From positions 630,001-662,000 of the forward strand of contig CP061211.1 in NCBI GenBank assembly GCA_026016245.1: 32,000 bases of DNA, read 5' to 3'. The notes under the pieces were generated by a model, which worked only from the letters and a program-made list of their open reading frames with translations, was not told where the DNA came from and ran no database searches. The DNA is from Candidatus Pacearchaeota archaeon. Lineage in GTDB: Archaea; Nanobdellota; Nanobdellia; Pacearchaeales; UBA284. The stretch's first letter is position 1, and each line of letters begins with the position of its first letter. Both the position numbers and the translations under genes were made by a program. This document shows positions 9,723-17,731 of the stretch, piece after piece.

Positions 9723-10142
9723 CAACTTATCTAACAATTTTTTCATTCTAGCTAAAAAATCCTTAGCTATTTCTAAGCTGTGTTTAGCTTCTTCTTTGCT
9801 ATAAACATAGTGATAATCAGCATTTTCCCTTGAAGACAGGACAGCTTCAAAATCATTCACATATTTAAATTCAAGCTTGCCTTTTTTATTTAAGTCTTCT
9901 AAAACAACAACTATAGCAAAATGTCTTTTCTCTCTAAAGCCCAAGTTGAAAAGAACTGCCCTTGCAGAATGAAACATACTATAATATGCTTGGATAATGG
10001 CCCATTTCCAATCTTCTTCTTTAAATACTTTTTTTGACCTATTAAGATCATAAGCAGCTTCAGTAAATTCTTTTTCTACTAAGTCAGCTGAGGGTTTAAT
10101 TTCTATTAAAAATCTTTGTTTTAAACAGTCTTTAATATCCAT
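9720..10142 (-). CDS. HEPN domain protein (putative toxin)
   Basis: HEPN pattern WAIIQAYYSMFHSARAVLFNLG and RENADYHYVYSKEEA (Rx4-6H-type motif). Confidence 0.85.
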   Translation of the reverse strand: MDIKDCLKQRFLIEIKPSADLVEKEFTEAAYDLNRSKKVFKEEDWKWAIIQAYYSMFHSARAVLFNLGFREKRHFAIVVVLEDLNKKGKLEFKYVNDFEAVLSSRENADYHYVYSKEEAKHSLEIAKDFLARMKKLLDKL

Positions 10143-10143
10143 T

Positions 10144-10692
10144 TTACAGCTTTATCTTATCTTTTTCAACTCTTTCATAAAAAGCACTATCTTTTCTTGC
10201 AATCTGCGACCATTCCTGTTGAGAAAATATTTGTATTTTTATAGGCCTGTTAATACTGCTAGCTATTTTATTTATATCTCGAATAATTTGTTCTCTCTTT
10301 ATTTTTCCTATTATCAAAATATCAAGATCACTATCTTCAACATCCTCACCTCTTGCAGCACTTCCATACAAATAAGCTTTAACATTAAATTTTGTAGAAA
10401 GATCTCTGATTTTTGCTAGACTCAACAAATTATTAATTATTTTTAGTTGTTTTATAATTGGATTTTCTTTATTTAAGCTATATAACTTGGTTACGCCAAC
10501 TTTCTCAACTCTGACAAAATCTTTTTTTTCTAGTTCTTTTAACCATTTTGTTGCACTAGCTTTAGCTAATTTTACTTTTTGTTTTAGTTTTTTTTGATTA
10601 AGTTGAATGCTTGGTCTTTCAAGAAAGAAAGATAAGAGTTTTAAAAGTGCCTTGCCTTTAAAAAGTTCATTTAAGTAGGCTATTTGGTTCAT
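10144..10692 (-). CDS. wHTH-fused minimal nucleotidyltransferase (MNT, putative antitoxin)
   Basis: YLYGSAARGEDVEDSDLDILIIGK signature; N-terminal HTH KVKLAKASATKWLKELEKKDFVRVE. Confidence 0.85.
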   Translation of the reverse strand: MNQIAYLNELFKGKALLKLLSFFLERPSIQLNQKKLKQKVKLAKASATKWLKELEKKDFVRVEKVGVTKLYSLNKENPIIKQLKIINNLLSLAKIRDLSTKFNVKAYLYGSAARGEDVEDSDLDILIIGKIKREQIIRDINKIASSINRPIKIQIFSQQEWSQIARKDSAFYERVEKDKIKL

Positions 10693-10729
10693 TTTAATAT
10701 TCTAATAAGTTCACCTTTTTAAACCTTTC

Positions 10730-10767
10730 TTTTTTCTTTTATTTATTTCAGCTCCTTCTCTTTTTTA
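10730..10767. repeat. Direct repeat A, copy 2 (38 bp)
   Basis: Identical to 9685..9722; flanks the HEPN/MNT pair. Confidence 0.95.
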
Positions 10768-10801
10768 TTAATCAGAAACCAAGGTTTCTGATACTTTCCT
10801 T
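10768..10801. repeat. Direct repeat B, copy 1 (34 bp); contains perfect 10-bp inverted repeat ATCAGAAACC-AA-GGTTTCTGAT
   Basis: ttaatcagaaaccaaggtttctgatactttcctt matches 11735..11768 with one mismatch; inverted-repeat arms 10771-10780 and 10783-10792. Confidence 0.95.
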
Positions 10802-10822
10802 CCTTAACTTGTTTATTCATTT

Positions 10823-11242
10823 TCATAAATTTTTTGTTAACCAATACCAATCAAAATGGAATAAATCATTTTTCAATTCACCTTCTTTTTTATATCCATT
10901 CTTCTTATAAAATTTCAAAGCTTCTTTGTGCTTCTCTGAAGTAAACAGTTTAATTTTAAAACAATCTTTATTTTTCGCAATCTGTTCACATTTTTTTAAT
11001 AATTCTTGCCCTACCCCCTTATCTCTATATTCTTTCACTACTAACAATTCCTTCAATTCTGCAACCCTACCAATAATTCTGAGTCTGAAAAAACCAATTG
11101 CTCTCTTTTTTTGATAAGCAAGATAAAAAAATTCTTTTTGATTCCATGAAAACCCTCTTTCGATATTAAACTTTTTCCATGTTTTTTTTCCAAAGCTGCG
11201 CACTTTCTTCTTTGATACTTTTTTTATTCTTATTTTTTCCAT
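10823..11242 (-). CDS. GNAT family N-acetyltransferase
   Basis: LKELLVVKEYRDKGVGQELLKKCEQIAKNKDC...ALKFYKKNGYKKEGEL, motif A and B of GNAT fold. Confidence 0.85.
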   Translation of the reverse strand: MEKIRIKKVSKKKVRSFGKKTWKKFNIERGFSWNQKEFFYLAYQKKRAIGFFRLRIIGRVAELKELLVVKEYRDKGVGQELLKKCEQIAKNKDCFKIKLFTSEKHKEALKFYKKNGYKKEGELKNDLFHFDWYWLTKNL

Positions 11243-11247
11243 TTTAT

Positions 11248-11787
11248 TTATGGCATGATTGTTGTGATTTTTATTTTAGCTACAACACATTTTGACTCTC
11301 TTGCATCAGTTTCCTCGCACAAAGGAATATAAGTTGAGTAAGTTATTGTAGATTCTTGGGTTAACTTGCTATAAACTGTGTATTTTTGCCCTCCACCATA
11401 GATTTCTTCTACAATAACTTTAGATATTGAAGCTTCCTGCCATATATTCTTATAATTATCTCTCAGATATGAATTTTCATCAAATGCCTTAAGCTTGTCT
11501 TTGTCAATGCAAGCTGTTTCAGTTGCTGTTCCAAATGAACTTGAGCATCTTAATTCTGGAAGCGAGGCAACTACTCTTAACATAGTAACTGTTCTTAACT
11601 CACGGATTTCACTTGCCATTTTCTGTAATTGTGCGGTTTGGAAGCGAGCAAAAAATAGGAAAAGAAGAGCAAATAAGAAAACTACTGCAACAAGAACAAA
11701 TGCCATTTCCTGAATTTTTATTTGTCCTTTCTTGTTAATCAGAAACCAAGGTTTCCGATACTTTCCTTTTTTTATTTTGTTTTCCAT
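11248..11787 (-). CDS. Archaeal pilin-like secreted protein (KKGQ signal)
   Basis: MENKIKKGKYRKPWFLINKKGQIKIQEMAFVLVAVVLFALLFLFFA; likely start at 11787 rather than 11808. Confidence 0.6.
   Translation of the reverse strand: MENKIKKGKYRKPWFLINKKGQIKIQEMAFVLVAVVFLFALLFLFFARFQTAQLQKMASEIRELRTVTMLRVVASLPELRCSSSFGTATETACIDKDKLKAFDENSYLRDNYKNIWQEASISKVIVEEIYGGGQKYTVYSKLTQESTITYSTYIPLCEETDARESKCVVAKIKITTIMP
11735..11768. repeat. Direct repeat B, copy 2 (34 bp, 1 mismatch)
   Basis: ttaatcagaaaccaaggtttccgatactttcctt; encodes part of KGKYRKPWFLIN in the pilin-like ORF. Confidence 0.95.
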
Positions 11788-11788
11788 T

Positions 11789-12703
11789 TTAAAATAATGT
11801 GCAGTCACCCATATTATTTACATTTTTCAGTATCTGGGCAGTATTTTCCAGGGCAATTACATTATCCTTTATTGTAGGGCTATTGTAAAGTTTTTCTGAA
11901 GCATCTTTTATTGGTCTGAGATTATAGGAAACATCACAGCCTCTTTGTGATAATGCCAGGGATTTTTTTTCATAAACCAAAGCTTCAGAGTATATTCTAG
12001 AAGCAAGTCTTTGAAGATTACATCTATAAAGTGCAGGGTCTGAAAAAATAGCAGCATACATTAAAGCGTCTCCACTATAATAGACCTTTCCTTTCCCCTT
12101 CTTTTCAACACTATCACCATAAACTCTTATATCACAACTGCCTGTAAAACAAACTTTAATGCTATCTTTACTGCAATTTTGTGTTTTTATACTACTAATT
12201 TCTAATCTTTCAATTTCATTCTCAATTCTTGATGGGGCATTTTGAAAACAGTATTCTTGATTAGAGGGCCATAAGATAATGAGGTCAGCAACTCTCCAAG
12301 GCATTTCAAAAGGCTTGCTTAATGCCTCAAAATTCTTGCCTTTTATTGGTTGAGGAGTGAAGATGTATTTGTCATAGGCTATTTTTGGAACTCCTGCCTC
12401 TCCTTTTGATAAAAGTGTTATAGTATTTTTTCCTATCTCCCCTATTCTATTTCCTTTATCACAATTCATCAAGATTTCAGATTCTTCTGGGAGTGAGAGA
12501 GGATTATAAGTTGTTGCTCCTAAAGATCCTAAATAAGCAAAGGGATTTAGCAGGATGTCAAGACTTTGCGTTTCTATTGTTGTTTGTTCATATTGCTGTC
12601 TCAATAATGTGGTTCCAACAAAATAAAAAGCTAGAAAAAGGATCATGGCACCAACAACAACAGCAAAAATCCATGCAAACTGAAACTGTGCTTTTTTTCT
12701 CAT
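11789..12703 (-). CDS. Archaeal pilin-like secreted protein (KKAQ signal)
   Basis: MRKKAQFQFAWIFAVVVGAMILFLAFYFVG N-terminus; Cys-rich ectodomain. Confidence 0.65.
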   Translation of the reverse strand: MRKKAQFQFAWIFAVVVGAMILFLAFYFVGTTLLRQQYEQTTIETQSLDILLNPFAYLGSLGATTYNPLSLPEESEILMNCDKGNRIGEIGKNTITLLSKGEAGVPKIAYDKYIFTPQPIKGKNFEALSKPFEMPWRVADLIILWPSNQEYCFQNAPSRIENEIERLEISSIKTQNCSKDSIKVCFTGSCDIRVYGDSVEKKGKGKVYYSGDALMYAAIFSDPALYRCNLQRLASRIYSEALVYEKKSLALSQRGCDVSYNLRPIKDASEKLYNSPTIKDNVIALENTAQILKNVNNMGDCTLF

Positions 12704-12717
12704 CTTTAACTTTAATT

Positions 12718-13272
12718 TTAAGCTTGAGATGCCTGAGATATTGTGACATAAGGACTACCACCCTCTTTTGTTATCCTAAAAATAACTTTCCCATCTTCAA
12801 CAGGAAAACATCTTGTCTTATCTATACTTAGACATTCTTGTGTCCCGCATTTAAGATGCCATGCACTATAAGTTCCAAGATTTTCAGCTTTTCCTCCTGG
12901 ATATAAGAATAAGTTATCTTTATCAGTTCTTGCCCATGTTGGAACAATGACAGAACAAAGATCTGCTGGAATAATACCCCCTCTTAGATTACAATTATCT
13001 TGATTAACAAAACATACAGTCTCAATTCTATTGCATATTTTTAAATTATCAGTTGTTTTTGATGCTTCTTCTGCGCTCCATACACTTATTATTTCATTTT
13101 CCAATTCAGCAACATAGGAATTTATTTCTGCTTGGCATGCTCTATCTAAAATCCCTTTAATAGCCCATATTCCAACAAACAAGGCCACTGCAATTAGTAT
13201 GAGAGAAAAAATAAAGATGAAAGGCATGCCCATTACTTGGCCTTTTTTGTGTTTTTTACCTCTTTTTTTCAT
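12718..13272 (-). CDS. Archaeal pilin-like secreted protein (KKGQ signal)
   Basis: KKHKKGQVMGMPFIFIFSLILIAVALFVGIW N-terminus; Cys-rich ectodomain. Confidence 0.65.
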   Translation of the reverse strand: MKKRGKKHKKGQVMGMPFIFIFSLILIAVALFVGIWAIKGILDRACQAEINSYVAELENEIISVWSAEEASKTTDNLKICNRIETVCFVNQDNCNLRGGIIPADLCSVIVPTWARTDKDNLFLYPGGKAENLGTYSAWHLKCGTQECLSIDKTRCFPVEDGKVIFRITKEGGSPYVTISQASQA

Positions 13273-13294
13273 GAATTTTGATTGTTTTTAGTTC

Positions 13295-13333
13295 TTATAA
13301 AACTTTTTAAACTTTTCTTAGAAAGTTTTATAA
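13295..13333. promoter_or_regulatory. Symmetric bidirectional promoter with mirrored TATA boxes
   Basis: TTATAAAACTTT (13295-13306) and AAAGTTTTATAA (13322-13333) are a perfect 12-bp inverted repeat between divergent genes. Confidence 0.6.
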
Positions 13334-13406
13334 ATCCCTTATTTTTAAATTAGATAACGAGAAAGAAAAAACCTTGAACATTATTGGTTTTTAAAAAGGG
13401 TTTAAA

Positions 13407-14129
13407 ATGGAAATGGAAATGCAGCATAGGGTTATGGGATATGACAGAGCAGCAACTATGTTCAGCCCTGATGGCAGGATTTTACAAGTAGAATATGCTG
13501 AGAAAACTGTCAGGCTTGGTTCAGCTAGTGTTGGTCTGGTTTGTAGTGATGGTATTATGATAATTTCTGACAAACGTTTAGGAGATCCACTAGTACTGCC
13601 AGAAGCAATCCTGAAAATTTGGGAAATAGATGAGCATATTATTGCAACTGCTGCTGGTGTCTTGAGTGATGCTAGAGTTTTGCTTGAACATTCACAAGTC
13701 ATAGCTCAACAGCATAGAGTGACTTATGATCAACCTATTGATACTGAATCTGTTATCAAGGATGTGGCTAACATTCAACAGTCAGCAACACAATATGCAG
13801 GAGCTCGCCCATTTGGAATAGCAGTAATGATAGCTGGAATTAACAGGGATAATGCTAAGAAACTTTATGTGAGTGATGTTACAGGAAATTATCTTGGATT
13901 CAAGGCCAGTGTCATTGGCGAGAATGATGATAGAATTAAAGAATTATTGCAGAAAGGCTATAAAGAAAGTCTTAGTGTTGATCAAGGCATCAAATTTACA
14001 TTAAATATTTTTAAAAAAGTATTAGGAAAGGGATTTAATATAGAAAGATTTGAGACTGTTTTTGTTAAAACTGATGATAAGAAAGCAAAAAGGCTTCATG
14101 GAGCAGCCCTATCCAAGTATGTAAGATAA
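13407..14129 (+). CDS. psmA: Proteasome subunit alpha
   Basis: MQHRVMGYDRAATMFSPDGRILQVEYAEKTVRLGSASVGLV, canonical alpha-subunit N-terminus. Confidence 0.97.
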   Translation: MEMEMQHRVMGYDRAATMFSPDGRILQVEYAEKTVRLGSASVGLVCSDGIMIISDKRLGDPLVLPEAILKIWEIDEHIIATAAGVLSDARVLLEHSQVIAQQHRVTYDQPIDTESVIKDVANIQQSATQYAGARPFGIAVMIAGINRDNAKKLYVSDVTGNYLGFKASVIGENDDRIKELLQKGYKESLSVDQGIKFTLNIFKKVLGKGFNIERFETVFVKTDDKKAKRLHGAALSKYVR

Positions 14130-14189
14130 TTATATTAATAAAATAAGGAGATTAAATTACTAAAATATAGATGATTATTATTTTCTAAG

Positions 14190-14882
14190 ATGGTTGATGT
14201 TGTAGCAAGATTGAAAGTTAAGGGAAAACTTTTTGAGATTATGGTAGATTGTGATAAAGCTATTGAATCGAAAAAGAGCAAGAATGTTACTGTAGCTAAC
14301 ATGAGAGATATTCTTGCCATAGATTTAGTTTTTTCTGATTATAAGAAAGGCCTTAAAGTTTCTTCATCTGATTTGAAAGAGGCTTTTGGTGATGATAATG
14401 TTAATGAAGTTGCAGCGAAAATAGTCAGGGAAGGTGAGATTGTTCTGCCGCAAGAATATAGGGAAAAAGAGAGAGAACAGAAATTTAAACAGATTGTAGA
14501 TTTTCTTGTAAAAAATTCTATTGATCCAAGGACTAATGCTCCATATACAAGCGAGAGGATAAGTTCTGTGCTTAAGGAAGCTGGTGCTAGAGTTGATGAA
14601 ACAAGAAGCGCGGATGAGCAAGCTTTGAATATTATAAAACAGATTGAGAAAAAAATACCAATAAGAATAGCAACAATAAAACTGAAAATAGTGATTCCTG
14701 CTGCTCATACTGGAAAAGCTTATGGCATGTTACAGAAATTCAATAAGACAAAAGAAGAATGGTTAAGCGATGGCAGTCTTTCTTGTATTATTGACTTGCC
14801 AGCAGGAATGCAGATGGAATTTTATGATAAATTAAATGCCATAACTCATGGTTCAGCAACAACAGAGGAGATTAAGGAGTAG
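14190..14882 (+). CDS. Ribosome maturation protein SBDS (Sdo1) homolog
   Basis: DVVARLKVKGKLFEIMVDCDKAI...VDFLVKNSIDPRTNAPYTSERISSVLKEAGARVDETRSADEQALNIIKQIEKKIPIRIATIKLKIVIPA. Confidence 0.95.
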   Translation: MVDVVARLKVKGKLFEIMVDCDKAIESKKSKNVTVANMRDILAIDLVFSDYKKGLKVSSSDLKEAFGDDNVNEVAAKIVREGEIVLPQEYREKEREQKFKQIVDFLVKNSIDPRTNAPYTSERISSVLKEAGARVDETRSADEQALNIIKQIEKKIPIRIATIKLKIVIPAAHTGKAYGMLQKFNKTKEEWLSDGSLSCIIDLPAGMQMEFYDKLNAITHGSATTEEIKE

Positions 14883-14887
14883 GAAAA

Positions 14888-15697
14888 ATGGAAAAAGAAG
14901 AAAAGAAAACTAAAACAAAAAAAATAGAAAAAAAAGAAATAAAGGAAGAAAAAGAAGTAGAGAAGAAGGAAGTGAAGAAAGTAGAGATAGAAAGAAAAAA
15001 GAGAGAGATGGTTGTTCCTGGGGAGGTAGTTGCAAAAGGAGCAGAATTTTTACCTAGTGACGGAACAAGAAGAGAGGGAGAAGAAGTTATTGCTACAAGA
15101 TTTGGATTACTGGAAAAAACAGATAGACTTGTTAAAATCATTCCTCTAAGCGGGGTTTATATTCCTAGAGTTGGAAATACTGTCATAGGCCAGGTTATTG
15201 ATATTACTTTTAATGGATGGATTATTGATGTAGTGGCCCCAAATATTGCTTTTCTTAGTGTGGCTGAATGTGCTGGCTATATTAATAAGAAAGATCTGGC
15301 TGAACATTTTGGTTTTAGGGATAATATTGTGACAAAAATAAAATCAATTAAGTTGAAAGGAATTGATTTGACAATGAAAGAGAGAGGTTTAAGAAAATTA
15401 GAAGGAGGAATTATAGTAAGAATCAATCCTACGAGAGTTCCTAGAGTCATAGGTAGGGCAGGCAGCATGGTTAATACAATCAAATCTGAAACAGGATGCA
15501 GTATTACAGTTGGTCAGAATGGTGTTATATGGGTTAAAGGCAAGAATCCTGAAGATGAGTTGCTTGCAAAAAAAGCAATTGATTTGATAGTGCAAAAACC
15601 TTTTATAGAAGGATTAACAGAAAAAGTAAAAGAATTTTTAATTGAACAAAAGAAAAAACCAAAAATAAAAGAAAAGGAAAAGGAAAAGGAAAAATAA
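14888..15697 (+). CDS. rrp4: Exosome complex RNA-binding protein Rrp4
   Basis: MVVPGEVVAKGAEFLPSDGTRREGEEVIATRFGLLEKT, S1/KH segments (INPTRVPRVIGRAGSMVNTIKSETGCSITVGQNGVIWVKG). Confidence 0.95.
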   Translation: MEKEEKKTKTKKIEKKEIKEEKEVEKKEVKKVEIERKKREMVVPGEVVAKGAEFLPSDGTRREGEEVIATRFGLLEKTDRLVKIIPLSGVYIPRVGNTVIGQVIDITFNGWIIDVVAPNIAFLSVAECAGYINKKDLAEHFGFRDNIVTKIKSIKLKGIDLTMKERGLRKLEGGIIVRINPTRVPRVIGRAGSMVNTIKSETGCSITVGQNGVIWVKGKNPEDELLAKKAIDLIVQKPFIEGLTEKVKEFLIEQKKKPKIKEKEKEKEK

Positions 15698-15698
15698 A

Positions 15699-16421
15699 AT
15701 GGCATACAAAAGACCTGACGGAAGAAATTATGATGAAACAAGAAAAATAGAAGCAAAAGTTGGTATAATAAAGAGAGCAGATGGGAGCGCTATGTTTTCT
15801 TTTGGCAATTCTAAGGCAATAGTAGCTGTGTATGGGCCAAGACAGTTACATCCTCAACATTTACAGAATCCAGAAAAATGTTTACTGAGATGTTATTATG
15901 ACATGATGTCTTTCAGTGTTGCAGAAAGAAAAAGGCCAGGGCCAACTAGAAGAAGTACAGAAGTTTCTTATGTTACGTCCAATGCTTTAAAGAAAGTACT
16001 CAAGCTAGAAGATTTTCCTAACAGTGTAATTGATGTTTACATTTTAATTGTAGAGGCTGATGCGTCAACAAGATGTGCTGGTATTAATGCAGCATCAATG
16101 GCTTTAGCTCACGCTGGAATACCTATGAAAGAACTTGTTTCTTCAATATCAATAGGAAAGATAGGTGATGCTATAGTTGCTGACTTGACAAAAGAGGAGG
16201 AAGACTATAGCATAAAGAAAGATGGGAAAGAGATTAAAGCAGCAACAGATATTCCTTTTGCATTCCAATCTCGCTCTGGAAAAATAAGTTTAATGCAGCT
16301 TGATGGCAAGGTAAGCATTGATGATTTAAAGAGAGCCATAAGTCTTGGCAAAAAAATGTCTAAGAAAATAATTGAGATACAAACCCAGGCTTTGAAAAAA
16401 GTTAAGGAGGATAAAAAATAA
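15699..16421 (+). CDS. rrp41: Exosome complex exonuclease Rrp41
   Basis: RPDGRNYDETRKIEAKVGIIKRADGSAMFSFGNSKAIVAVYGPRQLHP RNase PH fold. Confidence 0.96.
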   Translation: MAYKRPDGRNYDETRKIEAKVGIIKRADGSAMFSFGNSKAIVAVYGPRQLHPQHLQNPEKCLLRCYYDMMSFSVAERKRPGPTRRSTEVSYVTSNALKKVLKLEDFPNSVIDVYILIVEADASTRCAGINAASMALAHAGIPMKELVSSISIGKIGDAIVADLTKEEEDYSIKKDGKEIKAATDIPFAFQSRSGKISLMQLDGKVSIDDLKRAISLGKKMSKKIIEIQTQALKKVKEDKK

Positions 16422-16422
16422 A

Positions 16423-17220
16423 ATGGATGTTTCAGAATTAACCAGAAAAAGAATAGAAGAATTGCTTAAAGATGGAAAAAGAATGGATGAAAGAAAACCT
16501 CTTGAATTAAGGCCTTTAAGCATTGAGTTAGGAGTTTCAAAAAAGGCTGAAGGAAGCGCAAGAGTCAAGTTTGGGGATACTGAAGTTATTGCTGGAGCTA
16601 AATTAAATGTAATAGAGCCTTTTACAGATACGCCAGATAATGGAGCTTTGATGGTTGTGGCTGAATTCTGGCCTTTGGCATCAGAAAAATTTGAAATGGG
16701 CCCTCCAGATATTCAGGCTATTGAGCTGGCTAGAATTATTGACAGATCTATTAGAGAGAGCGAGTTTATTGACTTGAAAAAATTATGTATTAAGAAAGGA
16801 GAGCTCGTGTGGGCAGTTTTCCTTGATATTTATCCTATTAATGATGCTGGCAACTTGATAGATGCTAGTGCGATAGCAGTAATGGCAGCTTTGCAAAGTG
16901 CGGTTTTTCCCTCAATTAAAGGAGACAAGGTTCAGTATGGGGAATTCACAACAAAAAAAGTACCTTTAAAAGATATGCCCGTGGTTCTTACTTTCTACAG
17001 AATTGGAAAGGAGTTTATACTTGATCCAACAACATCTGAAGAGGAAGCAAGCAATTCCAGGCTTACTATTGCAATGACTTTTGGAAAAGAACCATACATA
17101 CATGCACTTCAGAAAGCAGGAGATGAACCATTGAGCGAGGAAGAAATCTTAAAAGTCCTAAGCACAGCTCTTAAAGAAGGGAAAAAGATTTTTGAAAAAA
17201 TAAAATCACAACTGAAATAA
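16423..17220 (+). CDS. rrp42: Exosome complex subunit Rrp42
   Basis: ELTRKRIEELLKDGKRMDERKPLELRPLSIELGVSKKAEGSARVKFGDTEVIAG. Confidence 0.95.
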   Translation: MDVSELTRKRIEELLKDGKRMDERKPLELRPLSIELGVSKKAEGSARVKFGDTEVIAGAKLNVIEPFTDTPDNGALMVVAEFWPLASEKFEMGPPDIQAIELARIIDRSIRESEFIDLKKLCIKKGELVWAVFLDIYPINDAGNLIDASAIAVMAALQSAVFPSIKGDKVQYGEFTTKKVPLKDMPVVLTFYRIGKEFILDPTTSEEEASNSRLTIAMTFGKEPYIHALQKAGDEPLSEEEILKVLSTALKEGKKIFEKIKSQLK

Positions 17221-17237
17221 AGAGTTAGGTAGAGAAG

Positions 17238-17690
17238 ATGAAAAAAGAAAAATTTGGTCCATCAGAATACACAAAATACGAGAGAGCAAGAATTCTAGGG
17301 GCAAGAGCTTTACAAATCAGTGCAAATGCTCCCATACTTTTTAAAATGAGCAAAGAAGAGCTGGAAAATATTAATTATGATCCCATCAAGATTGCAGAAC
17401 TTGAATTTGAGGAGGGGATTTTGCCTATCACTGTTAAAAGGCCTCTACCTAAAAAAATAGAAAAGAGGGAAAGAGAAGAGGAAAAAGAAGAAAAGAAGGA
17501 AGAGGAAGAGATAATCAAGAAAGAAGAAAAGCCAAGAGAGGTTCCTAAAGGGGAAGAGGTTGCAGAAGAAAAAGCTATAGTTGAGGATGCTGAGGAAAAG
17601 CAAAGAGAGGAAGAGGAAATAACTGAGGAGGCTATTGCTAAAGAAATTAAGGAAACAGCAACAGAAAAAAGTGAAGAAGAATTAGGGTAA
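17238..17690 (+). CDS. rpoK: DNA-directed RNA polymerase subunit K (RPB6/omega family) with a long K/E-rich C-terminal tail
   Basis: [29 protein letters not shown]...[24 protein letters not shown]. Confidence 0.93.
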   Translation: MKKEKFGPSEYTKYERARILGARALQISANAPILFKMSKEELENINYDPIKIAELEFEEGILPITVKRPLPKKIEKREREEEKEEKKEEEEIIKKEEKPREVPKGEEVAEEKAIVEDAEEKQREEEEITEEAIAKEIKETATEKSEEELG

Positions 17691-17731
17691 AGATAGGTAA
17701 AGTTTTTATATTTCTTTTTTATGTTTTAATC

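Noticed and set aside
14872-15141. Minus-strand S/F-rich ORF
   Set aside because: Antisense to the KE-rich N-terminus of Rrp4, a compositional artifact.
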